DNA of 64,000 nucleotides from Plasmodiophora brassicae (Eukaryota): NCBI GenBank assembly GCA_036867785.1, contig CP145411.1, positions 620,001 to 684,000 of the forward strand, read 5' to 3'. Shown piece by piece: positions 61,544 to 64,000 of this stretch (position 1 is its first letter; each line of letters starts with the position of its first letter). The notes under the pieces were generated by a model. It saw only the letters and a program-made list of their open reading frames with translations, ran no database searches and was not told where the DNA came from. The position numbers and the translations under genes were made by a program.

Positions 61544-64000
61544 ATGGCGACCAGCAGCGCTGCACAGCCGGGCAGCGTCGCCCGCCTCCAGCATGCGTTC
61601 GCGTTGCGCCTCGACGTGAACGTCCTGCCCGGGCGGGCCGTGATTGGCCGGTTCGACGGCGAGCACGTCGCCCTGGCGTTGGCGAACCCGGGCGGCACCG
61701 TCACCGTCCACTGGTCCGATCGTTCCGACAAGCCTCAGGTGGGGCCCGTCGGAGGGATCGCACACCATCTGCAACGAGCAAACCTCTCCTGCAGGTGGTC
61801 CGCGTGAACCGAGACGTGACCGCCCTGGCGGCAGCGTCCCTGTCGCCTGAGATGCCGAACGACATCCTCCTGGTCGGGACGCCGACCAACCTCATGGCGT
61901 ACGACCTGCACCACAACAAGGACCTGTTCTTCAAGGACGTCGCCGACGGTGTCAACGCGATCGTCGTCGGGTCGCCGTCCAGGTCGTCCGCTCCACTCGC
62001 CATCGTCGGTGGCAACTGTTCCGTCCAGGTCGGCGCGATCTGAACGTCGGGCGCTGCGGCCGCTCGTCATGCTAACCGTATGCGACCAAGGGATTCGATG
62101 CCGTCGGCGACGAGAAGTTCTGGACGGTGACAGGCGATAACGTCACCTGTCTGGCCTTGTGCGACGCCGACGGCGACTCGAGCGACGAGTTGCTGGTCGG
62201 TTCCGAAGACAGCCAGATTCGCGTCTACAGGAACGAGCAGGTGATCTGGGAGACCACCGAGGTCGACTCCATCTCCGGTGGGTTACCGCCAGCCGGGTTC
62301 ATCAGGTTCGCGTTGATGAACGTTCGACAGCGATCACAACGATGCACGGGTCGTGCTTCGCGTATGCGCTGGCGAACAACAGCGTTGGCGTGTACGACCG
62401 TACGACGCGTCTGTGGTCTGCAAAGTACAATGCACGAGTGGTGGCCATTGCATCGTTTGACCTGGACGGCGATGGCGTCCCCGAACTCGTTGTCGGCCTA
62501 TCCGACGGGACCGTTGACGTTCGGCTGATGCGACACGGGACCATTGTGCAATCGGACACGATGGGCGCCAGTGTCGCCGCGATCGTTGTCGGCGATTACA
62601 GGTCGCAGCAGGCGCCCGAGCTGATGGTCTGCGCGATCGATGGCGAGCTGAAAGGGTACGCGAGCGCCGAACCGGATCAGAGAGCCGCCAGGTCGGTGTC
62701 GGACGAGGTGGCGCTCGCCAAGATGAAGGCGCGCCTGGCGGAATTGCAACGCGAACTGGCCGGGTACGACCAGAACCTGGCGGCGATGCAGAAGCCGGTG
62801 CAGCAGCTGGGCAGGATCCCGCCAGACACCAAGATCAGCTGTGCGCTGGGGCCCAACCTCACCAAGACCGCCCTGGAGCTACGGATGAGCACGTCCAATG
62901 ACACGTTGATCAAGGTCGGTGGGTATCCATTCGGCCCTGCTGATGTCGTGTGAGTGACGCTTGTCCCCCAGTTCGTGATCCTGTTCGGCGACAACGTGTT
63001 CGAGGGCGAGAGCCTGGTGAAGTATGCGGCACAGCCCGAGAAGTCGATTACGGTGCCGCTGTCGCTCCAGAAGAACGTCTCCTGCGACCTCATGATCAAG
63101 GTCGTCATCGGGTACAAAGGTGTGCACGCCCGTCTGCCGCTATCGCGCCGAATGGGGGATTGTAACCCGCGTACAGGATCTGCACAGGACCACGTCTTCG
63201 AGCTGTCGCATCGGATCCCGAAGTTCGCCTCGTTCAGCTACTGCAAGCCCAGGGACCTGCCGTTCATAAAATCGCTGGTGCCTTGTTGGCGGCCCGTTCG
63301 CGTCCGGGTGCTTTGCTGAACGGGTGGGCGGCATAGGTGACGCTGCCGCTGAAGGAGCGGGTGTCGCGCGTGATTCTGTGGCTGAACCAGAGCTTCCTGC
63401 TGGATTTCGCGCATCGCAACGACAGCGATTCGCTCAACGTCGGGTTCAAGTCCATGCGCGACGACACCGTCCTCAGCATGTCGGTCGGCAACGATACCGC
63501 TGGGCAATTCCAGATCCGCACCGACGACATGCAGCTGGCAGGTCCACCATTAATTGCCATCTGCAACTGCTGCTAGGGTGTCTCTCGCTGACCTGTCGTG
63601 CGCCCCAGGGGACATCATTCAGGACCTGTGCGCGTTCCTGTCGGTGGACGACTGCGAGAGCTCGGCGTCGTTCCCGGTCGACTTCGAGCAGTTCGAAGGC
63701 GTGCTTCGAGGCGTGAAGGAGTACAGCGACCTGCGCAAGCGACTGTGCACCGAGATGGCCGACCTGATCAACCTGGTGAAGATGCTCGTCATTAAGGGCG
63801 AGGTCGGGAACCTGGTGGCGCATCTGCTCCCCGGGTCTTGATGGTCCAACTGCCGAACAGGACGCACGCCTGCTAGGCGACATGGGGGAGATGAAGACGC
63901 AGTACTCCGAGTTGATGGATACGAACAATGAGCTGATCCGCGAACTGGCGAAGCGGTCTGCGAACCACGAGGCGCTGCTGGGCGCGCTCAAGAAGGTATA
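61544..64000 (+). CDS. BBS2: Bardet-Biedl syndrome 2 BBSome subunit (multi-exon, 3'-truncated)
   Basis: IGRFDG, DILLVGTPTNLMAYD..NKDLFFKDVADGVNAI, GGNCSVQGFD..FWTVTGDNV, ELLVGSED, FAYALAN, DLDGDGVPEL, FEGES, IPKFASF. Confidence 0.95.

Overview
GC-rich, very gene-dense eukaryotic DNA with many short (~45-70 nt) GT-AG introns and a BBSome gene, so the source is a flagellated protist. A plasmodiophorid such as Plasmodiophora is plausible, but that is inference from style only. About 35 protein-coding genes can be read. They include a makorin, a type II/gamma PI4-kinase, V-ATPase c, ATP synthase g, a UvrD helicase, a 3'-5' exonuclease, a PHD protein, a bacterial-type FMN glutamate-synthase-family enzyme, a bHLH factor, Rrp41, a rhomboid, a Dbp2/DDX5 helicase, EMC5, PCNA, QDPR, a RAD51 paralogue, DUF72, a TUTase, HTATSF1, a calpain/androglobin-like protein, a degenerate G-alpha and BBS2. 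Decayed Copia, Gypsy, Helitron and Harbinger remnants are also present. The most striking item is a single spliced gene at ~1207-4881 that appears to fuse a catalytically dead CDK, a cyclin, an F-box and LRRs. Other highlights: a DEAD-box helicase with nine WG (Argonaute-hook-like) motifs, a ~55-aa helical repeat that I cannot name and that is shared by two unrelated genes, a pseudo-GTPase G-alpha, and fold-back inversions inside two TE remnants. Exon models were built by eye, so coordinates of multi-exon genes are approximate spans and no database searches were run.
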